DNA of 36,325 nucleotides. Origin: a virus. The notes under the pieces were generated by a model, which was given only the letters and a program-made list of their open reading frames with translations, did not search any database and had not been told where the DNA came from. This document shows, piece after piece, positions 26,185 through 32,257 of this stretch. Made by a program: the position numbers and the translations under genes. The DNA lies in the IMG/VR virus record IMGVR_UViG_3300029882_000069; one strand, 5' to 3'. Position 1 is the first letter of the stretch. The number at the start of each line of letters is the position of its first letter.

Positions 26185-26379
26185 ATGATCACGCCGCAAG
26201 ACGCAATTAACGCACTGATGAGCAACGGATGGACGCAGCACGCGATAGCTAACAAGGTAGGGTGCACGCAGGTAACCGTTAGCGCCATCGGAAGGGGAAG
26301 TGAGCCAAAGTACGCCCTTGGCGTCAAGATCATGGCGCTGGGCCACAGATTCGGCAAGAAAGGAGCGAAGAAGCCATGA
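26185..26379 (+). CDS. Cro-like helix-turn-helix regulator, 64 aa
   Basis: AGGAAG RBS. GWTQHAIANKVGCTQVTVSAI is a typical HTH. It is the first gene of the rightward operon, opposite the divergent promoter. Confidence 0.6.
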   Translation: MITPQDAINALMSNGWTQHAIANKVGCTQVTVSAIGRGSEPKYALGVKIMALGHRFGKKGAKKP

Positions 26380-26813
26380 AAGATGAGATCAAACAAAGAT
26401 TGTTCGACTCGGTAACGCGTGCATCAGCATGGTCTCCGCTTGGCTATGCGACCAAGACCGGTCCGACCATCCGCATTACGCAGCGGTCCGGAGACGTTAA
26501 CCAAGGAAAGCAGCTAGCTCTGGAGGGTATCGAACGATCCTCAAAACGTCAGCGCGCCATAGACCCGTTTTGGTCGGAGCTGGCGTACAAGTACCTACTG
26601 GCATACGCGGCTGAACATTTTTCGTGCTTTTCCGTGGAGCTAGTCAAGGCCCACGCCTACGCTCACGGCCTCAAAGAACCTTACAACGGATCAGCTTGGG
26701 GCCAAATCGTGCGCCGCGCCATCCGCGAAGATCGCATCGTTTACGCTGGACTTGAGCCTTCGATCAATGGATCGCGGCACACGGCACCCGTTCGTCTTTG
26801 GCGGAGAAAGTGA
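26376..26813 (+). CDS. hypothetical protein, 145 aa
   Basis: AAGGAG RBS and ATGA overlap. Confidence 0.6.
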   Translation: MKDEIKQRLFDSVTRASAWSPLGYATKTGPTIRITQRSGDVNQGKQLALEGIERSSKRQRAIDPFWSELAYKYLLAYAAEHFSCFSVELVKAHAYAHGLKEPYNGSAWGQIVRRAIREDRIVYAGLEPSINGSRHTAPVRLWRRK

Positions 26814-26814
26814 C

Positions 26815-26964
26815 ATGAATTGGGAGATTGAGGACTGCCTTATCCGCCTAGAGAATCAGATGTATGAATGTGGTGGCGATAGAGCAGCCAGTAAAGACAG
26901 GTATTCCATCGAAGAGTACATCCGCGATCTTGAGCTTCAAATACGAAAACTGGAGCGTTCCTAA
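26815..26964 (+). CDS. small hypothetical protein, 49 aa
   Basis: Internal ATG of ORF 26752..26964, directly after the upstream stop. Confidence 0.4.
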   Translation: MNWEIEDCLIRLENQMYECGGDRAASKDRYSIEEYIRDLELQIRKLERS

Positions 26965-27167
26965 TGACCATCTTCCGAGCCCTATGGCAATCTTCCCTAG
27001 TCCTAGCCGGCTACGCCATCCTGATCCTTCTATGCATCTACGTAGACATGCCGCACGTCATGGCGATGACCTTGGCGCTTGTCGTTGGCTTCGTCGCTGC
27101 GATCCTGCTTAGCTTCATCTGGGACGACTTCGCGTGCGCTAGGGAAGCGATGGAGGATGAGGAATGA
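26964..27167 (+). CDS. small membrane protein, 67 aa, two TM segments
   Basis: TAATG overlap. Hydrophobic stretches LVLAGYAILILLCIYV and LALVVGFVAAILLSFIW. Confidence 0.5.
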   Translation: MTIFRALWQSSLVLAGYAILILLCIYVDMPHVMAMTLALVVGFVAAILLSFIWDDFACAREAMEDEE

Positions 27168-27436
27168 AAGACCCCAATAAGCCAAAGGCATCCCCGATAG
27201 TGAGTCTTGATCTAGGCGCCTACAAACTCAGCAAGAAGCATCAGTCTCAGCTTGAGGCATTCGATAAGATGGACGCGTACATGAAGTTGGCCGGAAAACA
27301 CGCGCCATGCCTTCGACTCAAGCGCGTGGACTACGCGGATATCAATGCGGCTATCAAATCTCAATCCAACGGTGAACGTGAATTGTCGAATCTTCGGTAT
27401 CGCGGCGTTCCTGTTATCAGCGAAGCTCGGTCATGA
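27164..27436 (+). CDS. hypothetical protein, 90 aa
   Basis: GGAGGA RBS and ATGA overlap. Confidence 0.5.
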   Translation: MKDPNKPKASPIVSLDLGAYKLSKKHQSQLEAFDKMDAYMKLAGKHAPCLRLKRVDYADINAAIKSQSNGERELSNLRYRGVPVISEARS

Positions 27437-27861
27437 CGATCCGCACCCACTTCCTACCCAAAGACGATCCTAAGAAGGCCGAATCCGTCATGCACCTCGT
27501 GATCGAGGAAGTCGCGGCCATGGTCCGGTCCAACAGGAAAATTCGGATCCGCGTGGACGAGTCAGTAAGTAAGCGCTCACTTGAGCAAAACGACATGCTT
27601 CATGCCATCTGCGGGGAGATATCCAAGCAGCGGCAGTGGGCCGGCAAGGAACGTGACGTGGAGGCATGGAAACGTCTGCTGGTGGACGCGTGGAGCCGCA
27701 CAGAAGGTGGCGCACAGTGCGAGGTCGTGCCTAGCCTAGATGGATCGTCTGTGGTGATGCTTGGCATACAGACCCGGAACATGAAAGTGGGACAGATGGC
27801 CGATCTGATTACGTTTGCCCACGCCTGGTGCTGGGAAAATGATGTGGAGTTGATCCAATGA
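27433..27861 (+). CDS. ninB: NinB-family recombination protein, 142 aa
   Basis: ...KRSLEQNDMLHAICGEISKQRQWAGKERDVEAWKRLL...VVPSLDGSSVVMLGIQTRNMKVGQMADLI... aligns by eye to lambda NinB (RSLDQN..LWA.LGD.S.Q..W.G...ESWK...VVPNL.G..V..G.ST..M.V.EFAEL). Confidence 0.8.
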   Translation: MTIRTHFLPKDDPKKAESVMHLVIEEVAAMVRSNRKIRIRVDESVSKRSLEQNDMLHAICGEISKQRQWAGKERDVEAWKRLLVDAWSRTEGGAQCEVVPSLDGSSVVMLGIQTRNMKVGQMADLITFAHAWCWENDVELIQ

Positions 27862-28136
27862 GTAGTGCCCTGGAACGCCAATGGTTCGCTGCCGTGGCTT
27901 CGCTGGAATCCTGTGTTCTTTGTCATTCCTATGGAGTCCAGGTAGCTCACCGTAACGAGGGGCGAGGCTTGGGGCAAAAGTCTAAACCGTGGAACACTGC
28001 TGCGCTCTGCCCAACGTGTCATCACGAGCTCGATAACGGCAAGCATCTTGATCAAGCTCAGCGACGATCCGCCATGGATCGAGCCATTGTCGAAACCCAC
28101 AACAAGCTGATGGAACTGAACAGGTGGCCTAAGTGA
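27858..28136 (+). CDS. YbcO/DUF1364-like putative nuclease, 92 aa
   Basis: CVLCH..GVQVAHRNEGRGLGQKSKP....ALCPTCHHELD resembles the Cys/His pattern of DLP12 YbcO, recalled from memory. It sits between ninB and rusA as in lambdoid nin regions. Confidence 0.5.
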   Translation: MSSALERQWFAAVASLESCVLCHSYGVQVAHRNEGRGLGQKSKPWNTAALCPTCHHELDNGKHLDQAQRRSAMDRAIVETHNKLMELNRWPK

Positions 28137-28230
28137 AACTTTTCCCTCTAGCCCTAATTATCCTGTGCCTGTATTACGACATGTGGCTTCCAGCCCTTCT
28201 CGTTCTGGCTTCAGAAAGGATGCTGACGAA

Positions 28231-28443
28231 ATGAGACCCGACCCCGTCTGGAAGCGCATCCTGAAGGCGCTGGAACTTGGGCCGATGACGAGGCATCAGC
28301 TTTGCCTGTGCCTGAGCATGAGTCTGAGCTCGATTGAGGCAGCGTTAGGCTGGCTGGCTGCGCGTGGCGCGATTCTGGTCGTCGGAAAGCTCAAGAAGAA
28401 CAGGCAGGGTCATCCACTGTGGATCTATGGGCTGGTGCTATGA
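28231..28443 (+). CDS. small winged-helix-like DNA-binding protein, 70 aa (start uncertain; the ORF is open from GTG 28165)
   Basis: WKRILKALELGPMTRHQLCLCLSMSLSSIEAALGWLAARGAI is a wHTH-type pattern. Confidence 0.45.
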   Translation: MRPDPVWKRILKALELGPMTRHQLCLCLSMSLSSIEAALGWLAARGAILVVGKLKKNRQGHPLWIYGLVL

Positions 28444-28465
28444 ACATTGCCACGAGGATGACTAT

Positions 28466-28831
28466 ATGAAGGAGCTTATCCTTCCCTGGCCTGATACGGA
28501 TTTACACCCTAATCGACGTGTCCATTGGGCTCACAAGGCTAAAGCCGCAAAATCTGCCAGATTGACCGGCTTCGTCTTGGCTAGAGATGCTGGGTGGAAT
28601 GGCTCAAATCTTCCAGAAGGCCCCCTTCACCTTTGGATAGACGGATATCCTAGGGATAAGCGTCGGCGTGACGCAGACGGCCTTCTAAGCAGCCTTAAAT
28701 CAGCCTTAGACGGTATTGCCGATGCACTCGGCATCGATGACCGTCGATTCGTGCCTCACCCTTGGGTGAAAGACGAGGTGCGAAAGAATGGTGAGGTTAG
28801 GATTCGCCTTACTTCATGTCCGACACCATGA
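28466..28831 (+). CDS. rusA: RusA-family Holliday junction resolvase, 121 aa
   Basis: LPWPD...PN.R.HW... and PRDKRRRDADGLLSSLKSALDGIADALGIDD align by eye to E. coli RusA (LPWPPS..., [23 protein letters not shown]..DD). Confidence 0.8.
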   Translation: MKELILPWPDTDLHPNRRVHWAHKAKAAKSARLTGFVLARDAGWNGSNLPEGPLHLWIDGYPRDKRRRDADGLLSSLKSALDGIADALGIDDRRFVPHPWVKDEVRKNGEVRIRLTSCPTP

Positions 28832-29025
28832 CCGCACCTGAAGGCTGGCGCACTGGCCACCCCAAAGAACACGCCAAAGTCCTGGCGATCGATCCGTTCT
28901 ACTGGACTTTCCTGCTTGCCACATGGAACGGCTATCGCTGGTACGTCAACAGTCGCCCGGTCGATGATGACTGGATCGCGATGTGGAGGCCACTTCCGAA
29001 GCTTCCCGAAAGAACGTCAGATTAG
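28816..29025 (+). CDS. hypothetical protein, 69 aa (alternative ATG 28828 in ATGA overlap with the rusA stop)
   Basis: ORF. W-rich. Confidence 0.45.
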   Translation: MSDTMTAPEGWRTGHPKEHAKVLAIDPFYWTFLLATWNGYRWYVNSRPVDDDWIAMWRPLPKLPERTSD

Positions 29026-29035
29026 TTCAAGAAAA

Positions 29036-29073
29036 GTGTTGACAGTCAATTTGGATTGATTTAAAGTCAACAC
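29036..29073 (+). promoter_or_regulatory. near-consensus promoter TTGACA-17-TAAAGT enclosed by an 8-bp inverted repeat GTGTTGAC...GTCAACAC
   Basis: -35 at 29039..29044 and -10 at 29062..29067. IR arms at 29036..29043 and 29066..29073, with inner GTCAAT/ATTGAT. It lies in a 68-nt gap, followed by an AGGAG RBS. Confidence 0.6.
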
Positions 29074-29093
29074 ACATTCAACAGGAGACGGAC

Positions 29094-29342
29094 ATGGTGG
29101 ATCATGATGGCTTCAAACGTGGCGGAACATTCAACTGCTCAACATGCAATCGTCTGACACGCAAGACGGCTTATACCGCTGGCCAGTGCTGTCCTGAGTG
29201 TGACGAGGCGGCGATGATCGAGAACGGAATCAGTGATGAGGGTTTGACTGGCTTGGACTTGGCGAAAGCTGAAGCGAAGATTGCCGAACTCAATCGGATA
29301 GCCGTAAAGAAGGGTGGCATCATCGCAGGAGTGGCCGCATGA
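29094..29342 (+). CDS. zinc-ribbon protein, 82 aa
   Basis: CSTC...CCPEC four-Cys pattern. AGGAG RBS. Confidence 0.55.
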   Translation: MVDHDGFKRGGTFNCSTCNRLTRKTAYTAGQCCPECDEAAMIENGISDEGLTGLDLAKAEAKIAELNRIAVKKGGIIAGVAA

Positions 29343-29554
29343 GCGCGAGCTACGTCATAGAGGTCAGCATCACGCCGCTCTGCACATCGTGCGGCAAAGA
29401 ACTGCAAATCGGCATGGCAGAGTCGCGCCCTACTGGACATACATTTGAACGTGACTGTCCTGAGGAGCGCACACATCAGCGAGTGTTCGTCTATGCGTGC
29501 GCTGATTGTTTTGTGTTCAAGAGCGATCTGGCAGCAAAGGTAGATGAAGCATGA
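29339..29554 (+). CDS. zinc-ribbon protein, 71 aa
   Basis: CTSC...CADC. ATGA overlap. Confidence 0.5.
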   Translation: MSASYVIEVSITPLCTSCGKELQIGMAESRPTGHTFERDCPEERTHQRVFVYACADCFVFKSDLAAKVDEA

Positions 29555-29733
29555 CCGACCGCGCAAAGCTCTCCGAATACCAGCTACGCAGCCGAGCCAA
29601 GCGCCTAGCATCCGGCTCCAAGTTCATGAACGTCTGGATCAACAAGGAGAACGTGAGCAAGCTTGAAAAGCTGCGTGCGATCCGTGGCGTGACGCTGCAA
29701 TCACTGTTTAACGAGGCGATAGAGAAGCTGTGA
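29551..29733 (+). CDS. ribbon-helix-helix-like small DNA-binding protein, 60 aa
   Basis: KFMNVWINKENVSKLEKLRAIRGVTLQSLFNEAIEKL fits a strand-helix-helix layout. ATGA overlap. Confidence 0.4.
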   Translation: MTDRAKLSEYQLRSRAKRLASGSKFMNVWINKENVSKLEKLRAIRGVTLQSLFNEAIEKL

Positions 29734-29888
29734 GCGAACATGATGATAAGGAAGCACGTATGATAGAGAAGATCAGGCGCCTTGCGCTCACTTGGCGAAG
29801 GCATGCAACGAGTGGAGCAAGCAGAGAGCCACGAATCCTTGATGACTGTGCTCAGGATGTCTTGGACATTTTGGAGGAGTTGAAATGA
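29730..29888 (+). CDS. small hypothetical protein, 52 aa (GTG start; below ORF-track cutoff)
   Basis: Hand-translated VSEHDDKEARMIEKIRRLALTWRRH...LEELK*. GTGA overlap upstream and ATGA overlap downstream. Confidence 0.35.
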   Translation: MSEHDDKEARMIEKIRRLALTWRRHATSGASREPRILDDCAQDVLDILEELK

Positions 29889-30094
29889 AAAGTAACGAAC
29901 CAGCGTTTCCAGTTCAAGACGCTGCAAGTTGGCAAGCGCATGGCATGACGTTGCGCGACTACTTCGCAGCAAAAGCGCTGCACGCCCTGATCATACGTGG
30001 CGATGATCCAAGCTCCAACGATCCGAGGGACACGTTTTCAGAATGTGCATACAAGTTCGCCGATGCGATGATTCTTGAGCGGTCCAAGCCCTAA
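29885..30094 (+). CDS. hypothetical protein, 69 aa, last gene of the rightward early operon
   Basis: ORF, followed by a hairpin. Confidence 0.5.
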   Translation: MKSNEPAFPVQDAASWQAHGMTLRDYFAAKALHALIIRGDDPSSNDPRDTFSECAYKFADAMILERSKP

Positions 30095-30101
30095 ACGAAA
30101 A

Positions 30102-30120
30102 AGCCTCCACGAAGGAGGCT
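30102..30120 (+). terminator. hairpin terminator candidate
   Basis: AGCCTCC-acgaa-GGAGGCT, 7 nt after the stop codon. The downstream T-tract is weak (ctgaaggtcttgtt). Confidence 0.45.
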
Positions 30121-30140
30121 CTGAAGGTCTTGTTCGTATA

Positions 30141-30166
30141 GGAATAATTCCTAGGAAAAATTCCTA
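30141..30166. promoter_or_regulatory. four alternating GGAA/TTCC half-sites forming overlapping palindromes in an AT-rich patch
   Basis: GGAATAATTCCTAGGAAAAATTCCTA, read directly. It contains GGAAT-A-ATTCC, TTCCTAGGAA and TAGGAA-AAA-TTCCTA. Confidence 0.4.
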
Positions 30167-30167
30167 C

Positions 30168-30196
30168 TTGATGTGAAGACCGTGTAAGAGTACAAA
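30168..30196 (+). promoter_or_regulatory. candidate promoter P1 (TTGATG-17-TACAAA)
   Basis: Read directly. It has the same GTACAAA -10 context as P2. Confidence 0.35.
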
Positions 30197-30199
30197 AGA

Positions 30200-30654
30200 A
30201 AACGGCAGCGCCCCGCCAAAGGCCTGCCGTGTCAGCTATGTCAGGTAGCTGGATGAAGTTGCACCATTGCGGTGCAAACCAATCCTAACGCACCAATAAG
30301 GTGCAAAGCAACTGCCTGATTCAGCTGGCCGTCAGGGCCACGATAGGTTGTTGCCGGGTTCCATCGGTGAAGCTCAGAAAAGTGAACCGAGAGTGGAAGC
30401 GAGTTTCCATACCCCTCACTGACAAGCCGGGGGTCGTTAAGGCAGTAGAAGCCGAACACGCGAATCAGACAGCGCATTAAGCACCAAGGCGGCTGGCCCA
30501 CGTTACGGGTAGTCTGATGAAGACCGTCATCTACCACTCAACCTAGCTTTGATATGCGGCTAGGGTTCCTCTAGGGGGAGTGCAAAGCGTTCGGCTTGTC
30601 CAATGGCTTTAGGAAAGTTCTCAGACAAACAGCAAGCGGAGATAAATTTCCCTA
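30200..30654 (+). ncRNA. candidate structured non-coding RNA / long regulatory leader (no credible ORF)
   Basis: There is no plus-strand ORF of 60 aa or more. The hairpins are ACGGCAG/CTGCCGT (30202..30230), CAGCTA/TAGCTG (30232..30251), TTGCACC-attgc-GGTGCAA (30259..30277), a sister hairpin GCACC-aataa-GGTGC (30290..30304), TGGCC/GGCCA (30326..30340) and ATCAGAC/GTCTGAT (30464..30518). The strand is inferred only from P1 and the flanking genes. Confidence 0.3.
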
Positions 30655-30683
30655 TTGAAAAGCCCGAAGATAGCGCGTACAAA
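30655..30683 (+). promoter_or_regulatory. candidate promoter P2 (TTGAAA-17-TACAAA), possible late-operon promoter
   Basis: Read directly, about 80 nt upstream of small ORF 30765. Confidence 0.4.
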
Positions 30684-30764
30684 TCACCCATGGCGTCAGA
30701 CCTTTTCCGCGTGAGTGTCTGTGTGAGAGTCCAGACAAGCCCGTTGTGAAGCGATCTGGCGGAC

Positions 30765-30905
30765 ATGGTGAAAATGCACTCCCCTAGCGTTGATAGACAC
30801 CATGAGGCTGACGCCATGCTTATTCGCCACCGCATGACCATCGGGTACCTTCGCTGGAAGTGGCTCTGCCTAAAGGTTGATTTGATTCACTGGCTGAAGC
30901 GGTGA
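30765..30905 (+). CDS. possible small basic W-rich protein, 46 aa (below ORF-track cutoff)
   Basis: Hand-translated MVKMHSPSVDRHHEADAMLIRHRMTIGYLRWKWLCLKVDLIHWLKR*. Its TGA forms a GTGA overlap with the GTG start of the next gene. The RBS is weak (GGCGGA). Confidence 0.3.
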   Translation: MVKMHSPSVDRHHEADAMLIRHRMTIGYLRWKWLCLKVDLIHWLKR

Positions 30906-31105
30906 AGACGTTGATAGACCCACGCAAAGAAGGCTTGCGCGCCTACCAGAACGGCTTGCCGCGCAGCATGTGCCCCTACGGTATTCTTGCGATGCACAGC
31001 GAGCTCCACAGCGTCACTCAGTGGCACAGGGGTTGGGTGGAGGCTTTCTGTCAAGCGAAGAAGCTTGATCCCCAGTTGACGCTTGCGGACGAGCCTGACG
31101 CTTGA
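30902..31105 (+). CDS. ribosome modulation factor (Rmf)-like small protein, 67 aa, GTG start
   Basis: ...LRAYQNGLPRSMCPYG......VTQWHRGWVEAF... shares AYQxG / MCPY / QWxxGWxEA, in the same order, with E. coli RMF (recalled: ...RGYQAGIAGRSKEMCPYQTLNQRSQWLGGWREA...). Confidence 0.6.
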   Translation: MKTLIDPRKEGLRAYQNGLPRSMCPYGILAMHSELHSVTQWHRGWVEAFCQAKKLDPQLTLADEPDA

Positions 31106-31116
31106 TACATTGAGGC

Positions 31117-31401
31117 ATGATGGAGGACCGTATGGCCGAGCTGAAATCCAAGGCACGAAACGCGCTACCGGCATCAACGTTTGGGCTGCCTGGGAAACGA
31201 GCGTACCCCATGCCTGACCGAAGCCACGCCGCCAACGCCAAGGCGCGTGCTTCACAGATGGCGAGCGCTGGCAAGATTTCTACCTCAGCCAAATCTCAGA
31301 TCGACGCCAAGGCAAACAAGATCCTCCAGAGCGGCGCGTACCCTCCCAAGTCCAACACGCCCACCAGCGGCGGCTACAAAGGAGCTTCCCGTGGCAAATA
31401 A
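31117..31401 (+). CDS. small basic protein, 94 aa, C-terminal ...TPTSGGYKGASRGK
   Basis: TGAGG RBS. The ALPASTFGLPGKRAYPMPDRSHAANAKARA motif is one I recall from uncharacterised phage proteins. Confidence 0.55.
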   Translation: MMEDRMAELKSKARNALPASTFGLPGKRAYPMPDRSHAANAKARASQMASAGKISTSAKSQIDAKANKILQSGAYPPKSNTPTSGGYKGASRGK

Positions 31402-31576
31402 GAAGGCACCTAGCGAAGGCGCGACCAAGCCAGATGGTAGCCGCTCGCCCTACGAGAATTCCCCGTTGCAGAACAAGGTCCATAGCTACCCGAAGGGCGA
31501 TGTCATGCCTGGTCGCGGTGGTTATCCGCCTAGCGGCAACCCGAAATCCGGTGGTTACAAGGATTGTCCGAAATGA
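31391..31576 (+). CDS. small basic protein, 61 aa (GTG start), C-terminal ...NPKSGGYKDCPK
   Basis: In-frame GTG of ORF 31181..31576 preceded by GGAG. It shares the P-x-S-GGYK tail with the upstream protein. Confidence 0.4.
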   Translation: MANKKAPSEGATKPDGSRSPYENSPLQNKVHSYPKGDVMPGRGGYPPSGNPKSGGYKDCPK

Positions 31577-31752
31577 GCGATAAAAGCTTCGTTGACCAGG
31601 TAGAAGGCGCGATCCGATCGTTTGAAAGTTCGCTGCAGTCAATCGAGGGCTATAGGAAGTACGCTCCACAGGTGTGGAATACCGTACTCCAAAGAGCCAA
31701 GTGGCACCTGAAACTCCCCACCATCACACAGGAAGCATCTCATGAAGGGTGA
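31573..31752 (+). CDS. hypothetical protein, 59 aa
   Basis: ATG in an ATGA overlap. The ORF-track start 31564 is a TTG. Confidence 0.45.
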   Translation: MSDKSFVDQVEGAIRSFESSLQSIEGYRKYAPQVWNTVLQRAKWHLKLPTITQEASHEG

Positions 31753-31900
31753 TATGAAAGAACGCGGCAAGAGTTCCGACCACATCGCGCCGCGCACGCC
31801 AAAGTCCCCGGCGCCGAGCTCCAAAGGGGGCGCCAAGCAGCCACAGGGTTCCGGAAACTGGGATGTCGAGCGCAGTCCATACGGGAAGAAGCTGAAGTGA
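31742..31900 (+). CDS. small basic protein, 52 aa (below ORF-track cutoff)
   Basis: Hand-translated MKGDMKERGKSSDHIAPRTPKSPAPSSKGGAKQPQGSGNWDVERSPYGKKLK*. GTGA overlap with the next gene. Confidence 0.4.
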   Translation: MKGDMKERGKSSDHIAPRTPKSPAPSSKGGAKQPQGSGNWDVERSPYGKKLK

Positions 31901-32082
31901 CGCTTTCTGAAAGCGAACTAGGACGAATGGGCATCTGGGATAAGGTGCTGACTGCCGGACTCAACACCGGCAAGGACATCGATACCGCCATCGAGCATGC
32001 CGAAAAGGCTGTTCGGGCGTTCGAAGCTCGTTTTCACAAGACCGTCGAGTCCGTCAATGGCACTGACCTCCCAACCGCCTAA
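31897..32082 (+). CDS. hypothetical protein, 61 aa (GTG start)
   Basis: ORF with GTGA coupling. Confidence 0.45.
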   Translation: MTLSESELGRMGIWDKVLTAGLNTGKDIDTAIEHAEKAVRAFEARFHKTVESVNGTDLPTA

Positions 32083-32248
32083 TGCCCCTGGATGGTATTG
32101 GGTGGCTAACTACGCTGCCCCGACGCCTACCATCGTCTACGTGACTACGCAGGGATTTGGTGCCGCCACTCTCACGCCGGCCCTCGTCGTGCAGAATTGG
32201 TCACTAGATGGCACCGAGACGTGGGAAGGGCCGATTCAACCGACCTAG
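32057..32248 (+). CDS. hypothetical protein, 63 aa
   Basis: Internal ATG of ORF 31997..32248. Confidence 0.4.
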   Translation: MALTSQPPNAPGWYWVANYAAPTPTIVYVTTQGFGAATLTPALVVQNWSLDGTETWEGPIQPT

Positions 32249-32257
32249 GCTAGCGCG

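Noticed and set aside
26065-26346. Minus-strand 93-aa ORF opposite the Cro-like gene
   Set aside because: It spans the divergent promoter region and is antisense to a gene with a good RBS and HTH. The short 46-aa ORF (25928..26068) better explains the leftward operon start.
30421-30741. GACAAGCC at 30421 and 30734 with its complement GGCTTGTC at 30593, read as a riboswitch-like alternative pairing
   Set aside because: A rough expectation is about 5 direct and about 5 inverted chance 8-mer matches in 800 nt, so this is not evidence on its own.
30603-30749. A 48-aa plus-strand ORF (MALGKFSDKQQAEINFPIEKPEDS...) inside the non-coding region
   Set aside because: It has no SD and no coupling to a neighbour, and it spans the candidate promoter P2. 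I kept it only as a possibility to test by ribosome profiling.
30241-30841. Minus-strand ORFs 30241..30537 (98 aa) and 30560..30841 (93 aa) as real genes
   Set aside because: They oppose both flanking operons. I could find no SD. Their Cys/Trp/His/Arg-rich sequences are unlike the other proteins here. The region is full of hairpins. I cannot fully exclude them without comparative data.
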